A stretch of DNA of 64,000 bases, from the NCBI RefSeq assembly GCF_004010195.1, contig NC_057755.1, forward strand, positions 1,997,803 to 2,061,802. Direction: 5' to 3'. Shown in pieces: positions 24,761-37,700 of the stretch. The stretch's first letter is position 1. Every line of letters begins with the position of its first letter. The notes below the pieces were generated by a model that saw only the letters and a list, made by a program, of their open reading frames with translations, had not been told where the DNA came from and made no database searches. A program made the position numbers and the translations under genes. The stretch comes from Chiloscyllium plagiosum (Eukaryota).

Positions 24761-25264
24761 CTTGCTGCTATAGCTTTGTGAATTAACCTACTTTGTTAAT
24801 AACGCTTTGTAACTCTATGCTATCACCTCCACTGTGTAAAACACTCCCTAACATTGAATGATGAGCAAGTTTAGATTCTGCATGTGGGACTAATTTAATT
24901 TGGGATTATGATTGGCACAATCACAAATGCGCATATACACATAAATACAATAGCATGCACATTCATAAATACAATCACATAAATGCAGTTCTGGACTGGG
25001 TGTGTGTGTGAAGGTAAGGCTGGGGATATAATATTTTGCAGCCTTCAATGTAATCACCTATTCATCTTCTAAATTTGAGAGAAAGTGGGCCTAATTTATA
25101 TAATTCTCTGATTGGACCAAAGGATCTGGTCTCCATGCTGTATGACTCTATACGACTTCTCTGCCATTATCCAAGTGGCTTATAAATGTTTGAATAATTT
25201 GAACACAGCCATGACACAGATCCTTATGGGATCCCATTGGTCACATCCCACCATATCGGCTAAT

Positions 25265-26690
25265 AGGTCCATAAGGAACAGGAACAAGAGTTGGCTATTC
25301 GGTCCCACGAGGCTGCTGCAACATTCAATAGAATCATGGCTGATCCGACATCCCTCACATCCATGCTCCTGTCCTTTGCCCTTTCCCCTCGATTCCCCGA
25401 CTGATTCAGAATCTTTCTCTGTCAGCCTTAAGTACACACGAGGTCTCTAACTCCACAGCGTTCTGAGTCAAGGGGTTCCAAAGACTCTTCATCCTGAGAG
25501 AAGAAATTTCTCCTCACCTCAGACTGAAGCTGGCGCCCATTTATTCTCAGGCTCGTCGGTCTGGTCCAAGACCCTTCTATGAGGGGAAACATCCCCTCAG
25601 TATTTACTCTCTCCAGCCCCTTAAAAATCTGGTACGTTTGAGTTAAATCAGTACTCATTTTTTTTTAAACTTCAGTGAGTCGTGTCCCAACCTGTTTAAC
25701 CCTTGGTCATAAAACAATCCCTCCATACCGAGGATTATCCTAAGGAATCTTCCCCTAACGGTCTCCAATGAAATGATATCTTGATATCTTTCCTTAAATG
25801 AAGTGATCGAAACTGCACTCAGTACTCCCGCTATGAGTTCACCAGCACCTTGTATGGTTACTGTAACACTTCCCTACTCTTATACTCCAACATCCTTGAA
25901 GTAAGGGCCCAAATTCGACCAGCCTTCCTGATTACCTGCTGTAACCTGTGTGCTAGCTTTCTGTGTTCTCCGCACAGCTTCCCCCAAGTCTTATTGCGTT
26001 GCATGCGTCTGCAGGTTTTCTTTTTTTAAATAATATTTTGCTCTTTTGTTCGCAATTCCCAAATTAATAAAAACATTTTTAACATATTCTATTTAATTTG
26101 ACAGTTAGTTAACCTATTAATCAAAGGCTGTCTGTCAACTCTTTGTATTCCTTTCACAACCTATCTATTTTTGTGTCATCTATACATTTGCCTGTAGCAT
26201 GCTCATTTCCTCCCCCCCCCCTCCAAGTCAGTAATATATATTGGAAACAGTTATGATCACAGAACTGAATTCTGTGGAACCCCACTGGTCACCAGTCACC
26301 AGCCTGAAAAAGAAACTCGCTATCCTCAGTCGCTGTTTCCAGCCCATTAATCCCTTATCTACCCAGACCAATATACTACCTCTAATGCCGCGGGCTTATC
26401 TTAAGGGTTAGCATGTGTGGGATATCTTGTCAAACACCTTCTTGAAGTCCAAATACAATTTATCAACTAATTCTCCTCTCTCGACCCAGGTTGATATTTT
26501 CTTGGAAATCTGTAATAAGTTATCCAGACATGATTTCCTTTTCATGAAGCCATGCTGACTCTGCTTGATCATATTATTATTTTCCAAATTTGTCGCTCTT
26601 GCTTCCTTAATAATTGATCCTGGCATTTTCCCAACAATAGATGTGAGGCTCATCTGCTTTTAACTCCCTCCCTATGAATCGCGGTGTGAC
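25265..26690 (-). mobile_element. CR1 LINE RT and 3' fragment
   Basis: SLTSIVGK...QSQHGFMKRKSCLDNL...YLDFKKVFDKISH; SEVRRNFFSQ. Confidence 0.8.
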
Positions 26691-27999
26691 ATTGGCAGCA
26701 GAATGGAGTCATGGTCACAATCAGGTCAGCCACGATTTTACTGAATGATCGAAGGGTCAGAAGAGGCCAAATGGCCTCCTCCTAGTCCCAATTCTGAACA
26801 CATTCTGAACCTGGCACTTGGATTGTTCCATGCCAAGACTCAAATCTAATGGTGGCGCGCTGCATGGACGGCGATAGAAGCAGAAGTTGGTACTCTCTTG
26901 CAGGCACTGCACCCTCTCATCGATGGTACGAACTGTCCTAAACCAGGGAGCAAGTCCCAGGTGCCATTCTTCTGCTAAAAGACAACATGTTAAAAAAAAG
27001 CATCCCTCGACAGAATAGAACATTAAAACCGAGCTTGTTCACATTGAAGTCACTAATCAACTCATTTTCAAAGAGTAACTCATCCAAAACGAGGCAGAAA
27101 CATTGTTGATCGCATGCCTCTGACAAAGATGGTGGTCCAACCACATCTTGTCCTGTGATGGTTTGAATAAAGTTGATTTCAATTGGGCAATATAATTTTA
27201 TTTCTGCAGTTCCTTTGGGTAACATTTGGAGGGAATATCCTATAGATTGCCTCAGGGCTAGGGCAATTCAGCCTCCCCGTGCTGAAAGACGTCAGAATCA
27301 ATGCGCATTTTTGCCGGTAGTGCTGTGTTCTTTAGTGTCACTCAAACCTTCATCCAAAACTCCTACTCACTGCAGAAGTTGGTACTCTCGTGCAGGCACT
27401 GCACCCTGTCATCGATAGTACGAACTGTCCTAAACCAGGGGGCAAGTCCCAGGTGTCATTCTTCTGCTAAAAGATAAAATCCCCCGACAGAATAGAACAC
27501 TAAAGCTTCACTCCTTCTGCTTCCTCCGTATCCTCATCTTCACTGTTTATGTCTTTACTTTCCTGGATTTTCATATTGAATAGATGCAGTTCTTTCTTTT
27601 GGCACTGTTCAACATCTGAAAATCTCAGTGTCCCGAATCAGACTGCCTGCTCTACCTGGCAGCCTGATGTCAACTTTCACTGCCTATTTCTCTGCTCCAC
27701 AGTTAATACATTGATAATGGTGATTCTATTTCAAAGAAAGAGTGGCCTCTTCAAATGTATCACCTGATGTACGTGACAGTGGTGGATTGACTGGTTATAT
27801 TCCTTGACATGGCATTGGGACACATTTGATTTTATTAAGCAACACTTTTATTTCATGAAGTCTACCCTGTTGAAATCCTGCTGTTCGCAACCTGTGACTG
27901 GTCTGTCCCATCCAAATTTAATTTCACCCTTGATTGATCTTTGCCCATGTGTCTTAATGATGGTTAAACTCAGGGCAGTGTCAGTTACTACACACAGTC

Positions 28000-28875
28000 T
28001 TTTCCTATGTATGTCAGTGTGTTTCTGAATTTATGTGTGTGCCTGCATATATGCATGTCTTTGTGTCTGTCTGTGTATAACTCTCTCTCTGTATCTGTAT
28101 GTCTTCATTGTCCAGAGTGTGGTGCTGGAAAAGCACAGCAGGTCAGGCAACGTCCGACGAGCAGGAGAAGCGACATTTCAAGCATAAGCCTTTCCATCAG
28201 GAATAATTCCTGATGAAGGGATTATACCTGAAATGTCGATTCTCTGCTCCTCATTTGCTGGATGACCTGCTGTGCTTTTCCAGCACCACACTCTCAACTC
28301 TCATCTCCAGCCGTCCTCACTTTCTTCTATGTGTGCCTTTGTGCTTGTGTGTACGTTTCTATGTGTTTCTGTCTGCGTGTCTTGATCAGTATGTATATGT
28401 TTCTGTGTGCACTTGTGCATCTGCAGATGTGTGTTTCTGTGTGTCAGTGTATGTGTATATCTCTGTCTATATATGTGTTTCTGTGTCTACCTGTCTGTGT
28501 ATCCTTGCACATATATATTCATGAATTTGTGTTTATGAGTGCATGTGCCTATGTCTTAATTTGTTCCTGTCTCTGTATGTGCGTGTTGGTCTGTGTATAT
28601 GTGTGTTTGGTCTGAGTTGGTCTCTGCGTGTGTGCGTCTGTATATGTGTATATATCAATCAGTATATGCGTTTCTCCGTGTGTCGGACTGTGTATGTGTG
28701 TCTCTGTTTTTGTCAGTCAATATGTGTGCATCAGTGTGTATGTGTATGCCAGTCTGCATGTGTGTGTTTGTCCGTACGTGTATGTGCCTGCATCTTTTTC
28801 ACTGTCTGATGATCTTTTTTGTGTGTATTAGTATATATCAATGTGTGTGTGTCTCTCTCTATGTCTGTGTCTCTG
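28000..28875. repeat. Degenerate TG-rich simple repeat (similar CA/TG, GA and CT tracts at 15100-15330, 16985-17120, 23820-24110, 59950-60240 and 63770-64000)
   Basis: Low-complexity composition. Confidence 0.85.
28112..28328. mobile_element. PLE family A mini inverted pair
   Basis: Same inverted tail architecture, with a CTGATGA...GAAA core at ~28210-28235. Confidence 0.75.
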
Positions 28876-29519
28876 TCCAATGGGGTCTCTGTTGTTTTTG
28901 GTGGCTGTATACATTTGGATGTGGTTAACCCCTTCACCCCGTCAGTCCTTCTGGTATTCAAAGTGATACAATGCTGATGGTCATGTTGATGTGAGCTTCC
29001 ATGTGTGAGTATGTGGGTGTGAGTCTATCCCTGTCTGCAATGGGGCACAGTTTGTCCCGGATGGATGTCTGAATGAATGAATGAATCAAAGAGTGATGAA
29101 TTTATGTCTCTGACTATCCCACCTCCAGCGGGTTACGCTGACAGCTTGAGAAACTTTAGTTGTGTGGAACTGCCCTGAAACCCAGAGCAGCAGAAGAAGA
29201 AGGCGCATTCGAGTGACCAGTCCTCCAGGGGGCTGGATCAAGTCCCCATCACATCGTTCGCCCACTCCTCCAGAGGGGTTGATCAATCCTCCATCTCATC
29301 GATCGCCCTGTCGTCCGCGGACGGGGGTGGGGGGTGGGGGGTTGATCAATCCCTCATCTCATCGATCGCCTCCCCCGATCTGGAAAAGGAGCAGTGCTCT
29401 GAAAGCTTGTGATTTTAAATAAACCTGTCAGACTGTATCCTGGTGTCATGTAATGAGGGGTATCACATGACTATGCCAAATTTTTTAAACATTTCCTCAT
29501 TAAATGCTTCAATAATACA

Positions 29520-29817
29520 ATACAGCTTTAAAATATGGGGTAGATCATTTAGGACAGAGATGAGGAGAAACATCTTCACCCAGAGAGTGGTGGCTGTATG
29601 GAATGGTCTGCCCCAGAGGGCAGTGGAGGCCCAGTCTCTGGATTCATTTAAGAAAGAGTTGGATAGAGCTCTCAAGGATAGTGGAATCAAGGGTTATGGA
29701 GATAAGACAGGAACAGGATACTGATTAAGGATGATCAGCCATGATCATATTGAATGGTGGTGCAGGCTCGAAGGGTAGAATTGCCTACTCCTGCACCTGT
29801 TGTCTATTGTCTATTGT
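29520..29817 (+). mobile_element. CR1 LINE 3' fragment
   Basis: FRTEMRRNIFTQRVVAVWNGLP; (tctattg)n tail. Confidence 0.82.
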
Positions 29818-30499
29818 GAATTATAAAAAAATGGACAAGTGATTATACAGGGCTATTTTTCAAATTGACAGCAGTCTATTGAATAAAATGAACACAAATT
29901 AAAAAGATCAACCTCTACATAGACGATATTAGCGGACGTTGTCTGTGTTTCTGTTTCTGTATCAGTCTAACTGCTTGTGTGTGTTCGTGTATCTCTGTGT
30001 ACCTGTGTCTCTGTGCAATAGGCTTTCTGCTGTTTTGGGGGCTGTATCCATTGAAATGGGTTTCAACCTCCTTCTAGGAGACAGTGAGGTATGCAGATGC
30101 TGGAGATCAGGACGTTTCCTTGATTATCCTCCTCCTCGGATGCTGACTGACCTGCTGTGCTTTTCCAGCAACACACTCTCAACCTCAACCTCCTTCTCTC
30201 TGTCTCTCTGTTTTTCTTGTGATTAAAGTGATACAATGCTAATGGGTCTTTGTTCCCTCCTCTATCTGCAATGGGACACAGTTTGTCCTGGAGAGAAGCT
30301 TGAATCAATTAATTAATTAAAACCTGATGAATTAGCCTCCCTGACTTTCTCTCTTTCTCTGTGTCTCTCTTGTGTTTAAAGTGATGCAATGCCACCCTCT
30401 GCTCGCCTCCTCGCGTCACTGCACACGCAGCATGTCTTTGTTTCTGGGACAATTTGCGCCCGTCCCTGTTCATTTTGTTATTTCTGACAGTCTCACAAT

Positions 30500-30635
30500 G
30501 ACCTAAATGACGCAACGGCGCAAGGGGCTGCGCGGTGACGTCACCACGAGATGGCTGCCCTTCCAGGGAAAGACTGACAAGAAGGTAGTGTACCGTGAGG
30601 GGATGCAGAGTGGCTGCCTCTAGCGGCCAGGAGGA
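30500..30635. promoter_or_regulatory. CpG-rich patch with palindromic CRE and YY1-like/CTCF-like motifs
   Basis: TGACGCAA at ~30508, GGTGACGTCACC at 30534-30545, gagatggctgcc at ~30548, tggctgcctctagcggcca at 30611-30629. CpGs are clustered in an otherwise CpG-poor window. Confidence 0.45.
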
Positions 30636-31985
30636 GGAATCAGCAGCTACTGTCTGAATGAATGAAACTAGTTTTTTTTAAAACAGAAATGTCCCACGGG
30701 GTCACTCTATTCTCCTTTCATCATTCTGTAGCAAGATTGCAACCACGCCCTGAAATACCAACATGATTTACTTCAATACAATAAAGTTGAAGAACACACC
30801 ATACCAGGTTACAAACTAATGTTGTGGGATTTTTAACTTTGTGCACCCCAGTCCAACGCCAGCACCTCCAAACCATAACAATGATGCGATAATACAAGGC
30901 AATGTACCTATTAGGACCTACAGAAGGATGAAAACGATTAACATAAATATCCTTAGTGTCCAGGGAGGTGTGGGCTGGTGTGGGTTGGCAATGGGAAATA
31001 CAGGTTACAGGGACAGGGTAGGGAGGTAGGTTTAGTGGATGATCCTCGGAGGAGCAGTGCAGTCTCAATGGGTCAAGAGGTTTCCACCTGCATTGCAGAG
31101 ATTCTCTGATTCTCAGTTAGCTGAATAGCTGTTTGTGATACAGAGCTAACAGCAGGGGCTGTGTTACCCCATACCAGCTGAGGTCACCCGAAGGTCCTGC
31201 CTTCCCTGTGGGGCCCCCAAATTAAACCCACCACCAGTTGCCTGTCCACAGTGAGAGAGGGACACTCCAGGGCAATAGTGACTGGGTCAGTGACAGAGAC
31301 ACAGTGGGATCGGTCTAATACCCTCAGGGGTCAGTGACAGAGACACAGAGGGGTCAGTCTAATGTCCCCAGGGATAAATGATATGGGCACAGTAACATCA
31401 TTCCCCTCTCCTTCCCCCTTCCACTTGTGGACTTGATGATACCTTTTCTCACGGATTCAGACACGCTCCAAGTCATGCTCTCACATACCACGGGAGAATC
31501 ATGGCTGGTCAAGTCCCACAGAGACAAATATAAGTCATTGGATCATTGCTTCTGGCAGTGCTATTCTTCTGAAAGGACTCTCCAAAGTTCGTGATTTGTC
31601 TAGCCCCTCCCATGTATCATTGTCCGTGGTCTCCGTGATGTAGATTGGGAGTGGATGTGAGGCCATGCTCTTTGTGGACATCACTCCATACAATACGGAA
31701 GAAAACAATTCTCTGATCTTCAAAAATGTCGGACTGTGAGGAAGCGAGGGAATAGATTGCTAGGCCAATGGTGGCTATTGGGACTAGAATAGGTTGGGAG
31801 ATCTGTTTGCATGGACGAGATGGACCGAAGGGTCTGTTTCCATGCTGTACTTCTCGATGGCTCAATGACTCTCTGCCTCGATGAAATGTTCCTACTAACA
31901 ACCACGGGTGGGCAGCAGAGACTGGAGGGTGGCTGACGTGGTGCCATTACTTGTGAATATTAGTAAGGAAAGGCTGGGGAACTGT

Positions 31986-32511
31986 AGAGCTTAAAAATTC
32001 GTTGCTGGAAAAGCGCAGCAGGTCACGCAGCATCAAAGGAGCAGGGGAATCGACGTTTCGGGCATAAGCTCTTCTTCAGGAATGAGGAGGGTGTGCCAAG
32101 CAGGCGAAGATAAAAGGAAGGGAGCAGGAACTTGGGGGAGGGGCGTTGGGAATGCGATAGGTGGAAGAAGGTTAAAGTGAGGGTGATAGGCCGGAGAGGG
32201 GGTGGGGGCGGAGAGGTCGGGAAGAAGATTGCAGGTCAAGAAGGCGGTACTGATCCGCCCACACCCCCTCTCCGGCCTATCACCCTCACCTTAACCTCCT
32301 TCAACCTATCGCATACCCAACGCCCCTCCCCCAAGTCCCTCCTCCCTACCTTTTATCTTAGCCTGCTTGGCACACCCTCCTCATTCCTGAAGAAGGGCAT
32401 ATGCCCGAAACGTCGATTCTTCTGCTCCTTTGATGCTGCCTGACCTGCTGCACTTTTCCAGCAACACATTTTTAAGCTCTGATCTCCAGCATCTGCAGTC
32501 CTCACTTCCTC
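31986..32511. mobile_element. PLE family A inverted pair (~260-bp arms)
   Basis: Long inverted repeat of the family A 3' end (matches 35115-35370). Duplication ctggggaact at 31974-31983 and 32512-32521. Confidence 0.82.
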
Positions 32512-32591
32512 CTGGGGAACTCTGAACCAATGAGTTTGTCAGCATTGGTGGGTACAGAAATAAAGTAACATCAACAAATACGCAGAGAAGC

Positions 32592-34606
32592 GGAGATTGT
32601 TTATGTACGGAGTTTATGAAGCGGCCGACACGTGGACTGCTCTGGAGAGATTGTTTATACATGTGGAGCTTGGGGAGAGGCCTACATGTGGACACATTGT
32701 TTATATATGGAGCATGTGGAGAGACCTACATGTGGATGGCTCTGGTGAAATTGTTTAAATACAGAAGAGGCCAACACGTGGATAGTTCTGGTGAGATTGT
32801 TTATATATGGAGCTTGTGGAGAGGCCTACACGTGGACGGCTCTGGAGACATTCTTTATATACGGAGATTGTGGGGAGGCCTACATTTGGAAGGCTCTTCA
32901 GAGATTGTTTATATACAGAGCTTGTGGAGAGGCCTACACGTGGATGGCTCTGGAGAGATTGTTCATACACGGAGCTTGTGGAGAGGCCTGCATGTGGACA
33001 GCTCTGGAGCGATTGTTTATATACTCAGCTTGTGGAGAGGCCTACATGTCGACGGCTCCAGAGTGATTGTTTATACATGCAACTTGTGGCGAGGGCTACA
33101 TGTGGGAAGTTCTAGAGAGATTGTTTCTGTATGGAGCTTGTGGAGAGGCCTACATGTGAAAGCTCTTCAAAGATTGTTTATATACAGAGCTTGTGGAGAG
33201 CCCTACACATGGACGGATCTGGAGACATTGTTTATTTATAGAGCTTGTGAAGAAGTCTACATGTGAACGGCTCCAGAGTAATTGTTTAAATGCGGAGCTT
33301 GTAGAGAGGCCAATATGTGGAAGGCTCTTCAGATATTGTTTATATACGGAGCTTGTGGAGAGGCCTACACGTGGATCGTTCTGGATATACGTTTGATACA
33401 TGTGGAGCTTGTGGAGAGGCCTACTGGTGGACAGCTCTGGAGCGAATGTTTATATTCGGAGCTTGTGGAAAGGCCTACACGTGGACGGCTCTGGAGAGAT
33501 TGTTTATATGCGGAGCTTGTGGAGAGGCTTACACATGGGCAGCTCTGGAGAGATTGATTATATGTGGAGCTTTTGGAGAGCTGAAAATGTGTTGCTGGAA
33601 AAGTGCAGCAGGTCAGGCAGCATCCAAGGAGCAGGAGAATCGACGTTTCGCGCATGAGCCCTTCTTCCAGCATCTGCAGTCCTCACGTTCTCCTCGGAGC
33701 TTTGGTAGAGGCCTACTCATGGATGGCTCTGGATGGAATGTTTAATTATGGAGCTTGTGGAGAGGACTACACGTGGACAGCTCTGGTGAGATTGTTTATA
33801 CATTGGAGCTTGGGGAGAGGCCTACATGTGGACGGTTCTGGAGAGATTGTTCGTATACGGAGCTTGTGGAGAGGCCTACACGTGGACTGTTCTGAAGAGA
33901 TTGTTTATATATGGAGCTCATAGAGAGGCCGACATGTGGCTCGCTCTGGAGAGATTGTTTATATACGGAACTTGTGGAGTGGCCTACACGTGGATGGCTC
34001 TGGAGAGATTGTTCATATGCGGAGCTTGTGGAGAGGCCGACACGTTGCTGGCTCTGGAGAGATTGTTCATATACGGAGCTTGTGGAGAGACGTACACATG
34101 GACAGTTCTGGAGAGATTGTATATACACGGAGCCTATGGAGAGGCCTACACGTGGACGGTTCTGGAGAGATTGTTTACATACTGATCTTGTAGAGAGGGC
34201 TACTCATGGACAGTTTGGGAGATACTCTTTATATACGGAACTTGTGGAGAAACCTCCACGTGGACGGTACTGGAGAGATTGTTTATATACGGAGCTTATG
34301 GAGAGACCTACACTTCGACGGTTCTGGAGAGATTGTTTATATACAGAGCTTATGGAGAGTTCTACACGTTGCTAGCTCTGGAGACATTGTTTATATACGG
34401 AGCTTGTGGAGAGGCCTACACGTGGAAAGTTCTGGAGACATTGTTTATATACGGAGGTTGTGAATAGACCCACAAGTGGACGGTTCTGGAGAGATTGTTT
34501 ATATATGGAGCATGTGGAGAGGCCTACACGTGGTCGGCTCTGGTGAGATTGTTTCTGTACCCAGTGCTCGTGGAGAGGTGTACGCGTGGACAGCACTGGA
34601 GAGAAC
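32592..34606. repeat. 54-bp minisatellite, ~35 diverged units
   Basis: Consensus gagattgtttatatacggagcttgtggagaggcctacacgtggacggctctgga; 18-aa periodicity in the ORF track. Confidence 0.93.
33581..33695. mobile_element. PLE family A mini insertion within the 54-bp minisatellite
   Basis: Family A tails in opposite orientations. A 15-bp array segment is imperfectly duplicated (33566-33580 and 33696-33710). Confidence 0.78.
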
Positions 34607-34779
34607 TTTTTTAAAATGCAGAAGCCATAAGCTGAATGCTGCATTATTTGAGGATTTGTTTTGTTTTTCATTTGTTCAGTTACATTTTTGATTTATTTTT
34701 ATTATTAATATTACTTTTCTTTACTATTTTTTCATACTCCATATGAAATCTATGGATAAGTAAAATTAATTTATTTTTC

Positions 34780-37700
34780 GATATAAGATGCTATTGAGAG
34801 CTTCTTCATTTCAGATGTAATATCATTGAAGCCATACAGTAGACACTGAGTGGGATGACGGGTAGATTTAGAGAAGGGATTACACATCAGGAACAGTCAG
34901 ATAGATGATTGTCTGTCAACAAAGGGAAGAGGGTCGTACATACGTCTCCTGCGGCTATTTCTCTCTCTGTATTTTTCAGGTGCTGCTGAAAGAGTCTCTC
35001 AAAGGTAAATAGAAATAGTAACCAGACCTTGGGCGCTAAGGACCAATCTAATGTTCAGTGGGTTTGTCAAGATTTAAAAGAATAATTGTTATCTTGGGTT
35101 CTTTTGAAAGGGGTTAAAAATGTGTTGCTGTAAAAGCGCAGCAGGTCAGGCAGCATCAAAGGAGCAGGAGAATCGACGTTTCGGGCATAAGCCCTTCTTC
35201 AGGAATGAGGAGGGTGTGCCAAGCAGGCTAAGATAAAAGGTAGTAAGGAGGGACTTGGGGGAGGGGCATTGGGAATGCGCTCAGTGGAAGGAGGTTAAGG
35301 TGAGGGCGATAGGCTGGAGAGGGGGTGGGGGCGGAGTGGTCTTCAAGAAGATTGCAGGTCAAGAAGGCGGTGCTGAGTCTGAGGGTTGGGCCTGAGAAAA
35401 GGTGGGGGAAGGAGAAATGAGGGAGTTGGAGAAATCTACATTCATCCCTTGTGGTTGGAGGGTTCCAAGATGGAAAATGAGGCGCTCTTCCTCCAGGCGA
35501 CATGTTGCCATAGTCTGGCGACGGAGGAGGCCAAGGACCTGCATGTCCTTGGCTGAGTGGGAGGGAGAGTTAAAATGTTCAGCCACGGGGCGATTGGGTT
35601 GGTTGGTGCGCGTGTCCCAGAGGTGTTCTTTGAAATGTTCCGCAAGTAGGCGGCCTGTCTCCGCAATGTATAGGAGGCCACATCGGGTGCAGCAGATGCA
35701 GTAAATGATGTGTTTGGAGGTGCAGGTGAATTTCTGATGGATATAGAAGGATCCCTTCGGGCCTTGGAGGGAAGTGAGGGAGAGGTGCGAGCGCAAGTTT
35801 TGCATTTCTTGCGGTTGCAGGTGTAGGTGCCAGGAGTGGAGGTTGGTTTGGTGGGGGTTGTGGATCTGACAAGAGAGTCGCGGAGGGAATGGTCTTTCCG
35901 AAACACAAATAGGGGAGGGAAGGGAAATATATCGTTGGTGGTGGGGGCTATTTGGAGGTGGCGGAAATGACGAAGGATGAACCGATGTATCTGGAGGTTG
36001 GTGGGGTAGTAGGTGAGGACCAGTGGGGTTCAATCCTGGTAGTGATTGGAGGGGCGGGGAGCGGGAAGTATAGGAGATGCGGTGGAGAGCATCGTCAACC
36101 ACCTCTGAGGGGAAATTGCGGTCTTTGAAGAAGGAGGCCATCTGGGGTTGTTCGGTATTGGATTTGGTCCTCTTTTGACAGGGGCACAGGCAGGAGATTC
36201 GGCAGCAGTGATTGTGAGTCTAGGAGATTGTGTTGCCTTTCTGGTGCCAGGGTAAATGAATTATCAAAACGTGTGAAGCAGGTTGTCAAAGGGGAGAGTG
36301 AGAAACTGGAAGTTATTGTATACATTGGGAGGAGTGGCATATTCAGGGAATGTGTTGAGACTTTGCAGAGTGAGTCTAAGAGGTTAGGTAGAAGATTAAA
36401 GTACAGCACAAGTAATAATCTCGGATTTGCTTCTGATGCCAATTCGGATGAGGGAAGGAATAAAAAGAGTGTACAGATAAATCAATGGCTGAAGAGCAGT
36501 TGCAATGTGCAGGGATTCCGTTTCTTGGATCATCCGGGATATTGTCTGGGACAGAACAAACATGTTTAAGAAAGGTGGATTTCACCTGAACTGGAAAGGG
36601 ACCGATATCCTGGTGGGAAAATCTAATAGTTCTAATTCGAATGCCTGTAAGTTGTTAGGGTTGGATTGGGGACTTCCTTAATAACAATGAAAGTAGAAAG
36701 AAAAATGAGGATGGTTGTGACTCAGATAAGAACAAGTTAATTCGAAAAAAAAAACAGTCAGGAGCAAGTCAGAGAACCAAATAATTCTGGGGCATTTTCT
36801 GTGTTTATTGCAGTCAGAGGTCTTACAGATCAGGCAGATGAACTCAGGGCATGTTTAGGAACATGGGAGTGTGCTGTTGTATTTATTACAGAAAACTGGT
36901 TGTGGGCAGGACAAGACAGGCTGCTCAATGTTCTAGGTTTTAGACGTTATGGGAAGGATAGGAAGAGAGACAAGACAAGGTGGGGGAGTAGCATTTTTGT
37001 TTCCGGAAATCATTCCTACTACACTGAGCGTAGCTGTGACTGAAAGGACATTTAGTGAAAATCTATGGTTTGAAATTAGAAATAAGAAAGGGATGGTCAT
37101 CCTCATGGGATTGGACTACAGGCATCCCCAACAATCAGAAGGAAATACAGAAGCAAATCTTTCGAGCTCTTAAATATATGTAAGACTATTAAATTTGTAA
37201 AAGTAGGGGATTTTAATTTTCCGAACGCTGACTGGGACTGCCACAGTGTTAAAGGCTTGGATCATGAAGAACTTCCAAAATGTGTTCAAGAAAAGTTCTT
37301 TACCAATACATTATTGTTCCAGCTGGAGAAAGAGCAAAACTTGAATGTCTTAGATCCCTGCGATGTGGAAGCAGGTCGTTCAGCCTCACAAATCCACAAT
37401 ACACCTTGGAAGAGGATCCCACCTGGACCAATACCCTTATCTTATATTTCACATGGGGTAGCATACCTAATCTGCACATCCTTGGATACTATGGCATAAT
37501 GGCCAACCAATCTAACTTGCACATCCCTGGATACTGTGATGTAATGGCCAACCAACCTAACTTGCACATCTTTCGACTGTGGAAGAGAATCAGAGCATCT
37601 GGAGGAAACCCACACAGACTCAGGGAGCTTTTGTAAACCCCACAGAAGCTCCATCACTGCAGGGGAGGATCGGAAGTGGGTCTCTCCTGCTTTGAGGCAA

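Noticed and set aside
28213..28961. Cys/Val- or His/Thr-rich ORFs (also 16853-17316, 39980-40352, 43812-44316, 59872-60411, 63622-63983)
   Set aside because: Translations of simple TG/CA/CT repeats.
32592..34606. CRISPR-like array or repeat-protein gene
   Set aside because: Units are contiguous with no unique spacers, the context is eukaryotic with no cas genes, and the ORFs are broken by scattered stops and a PLE insertion.
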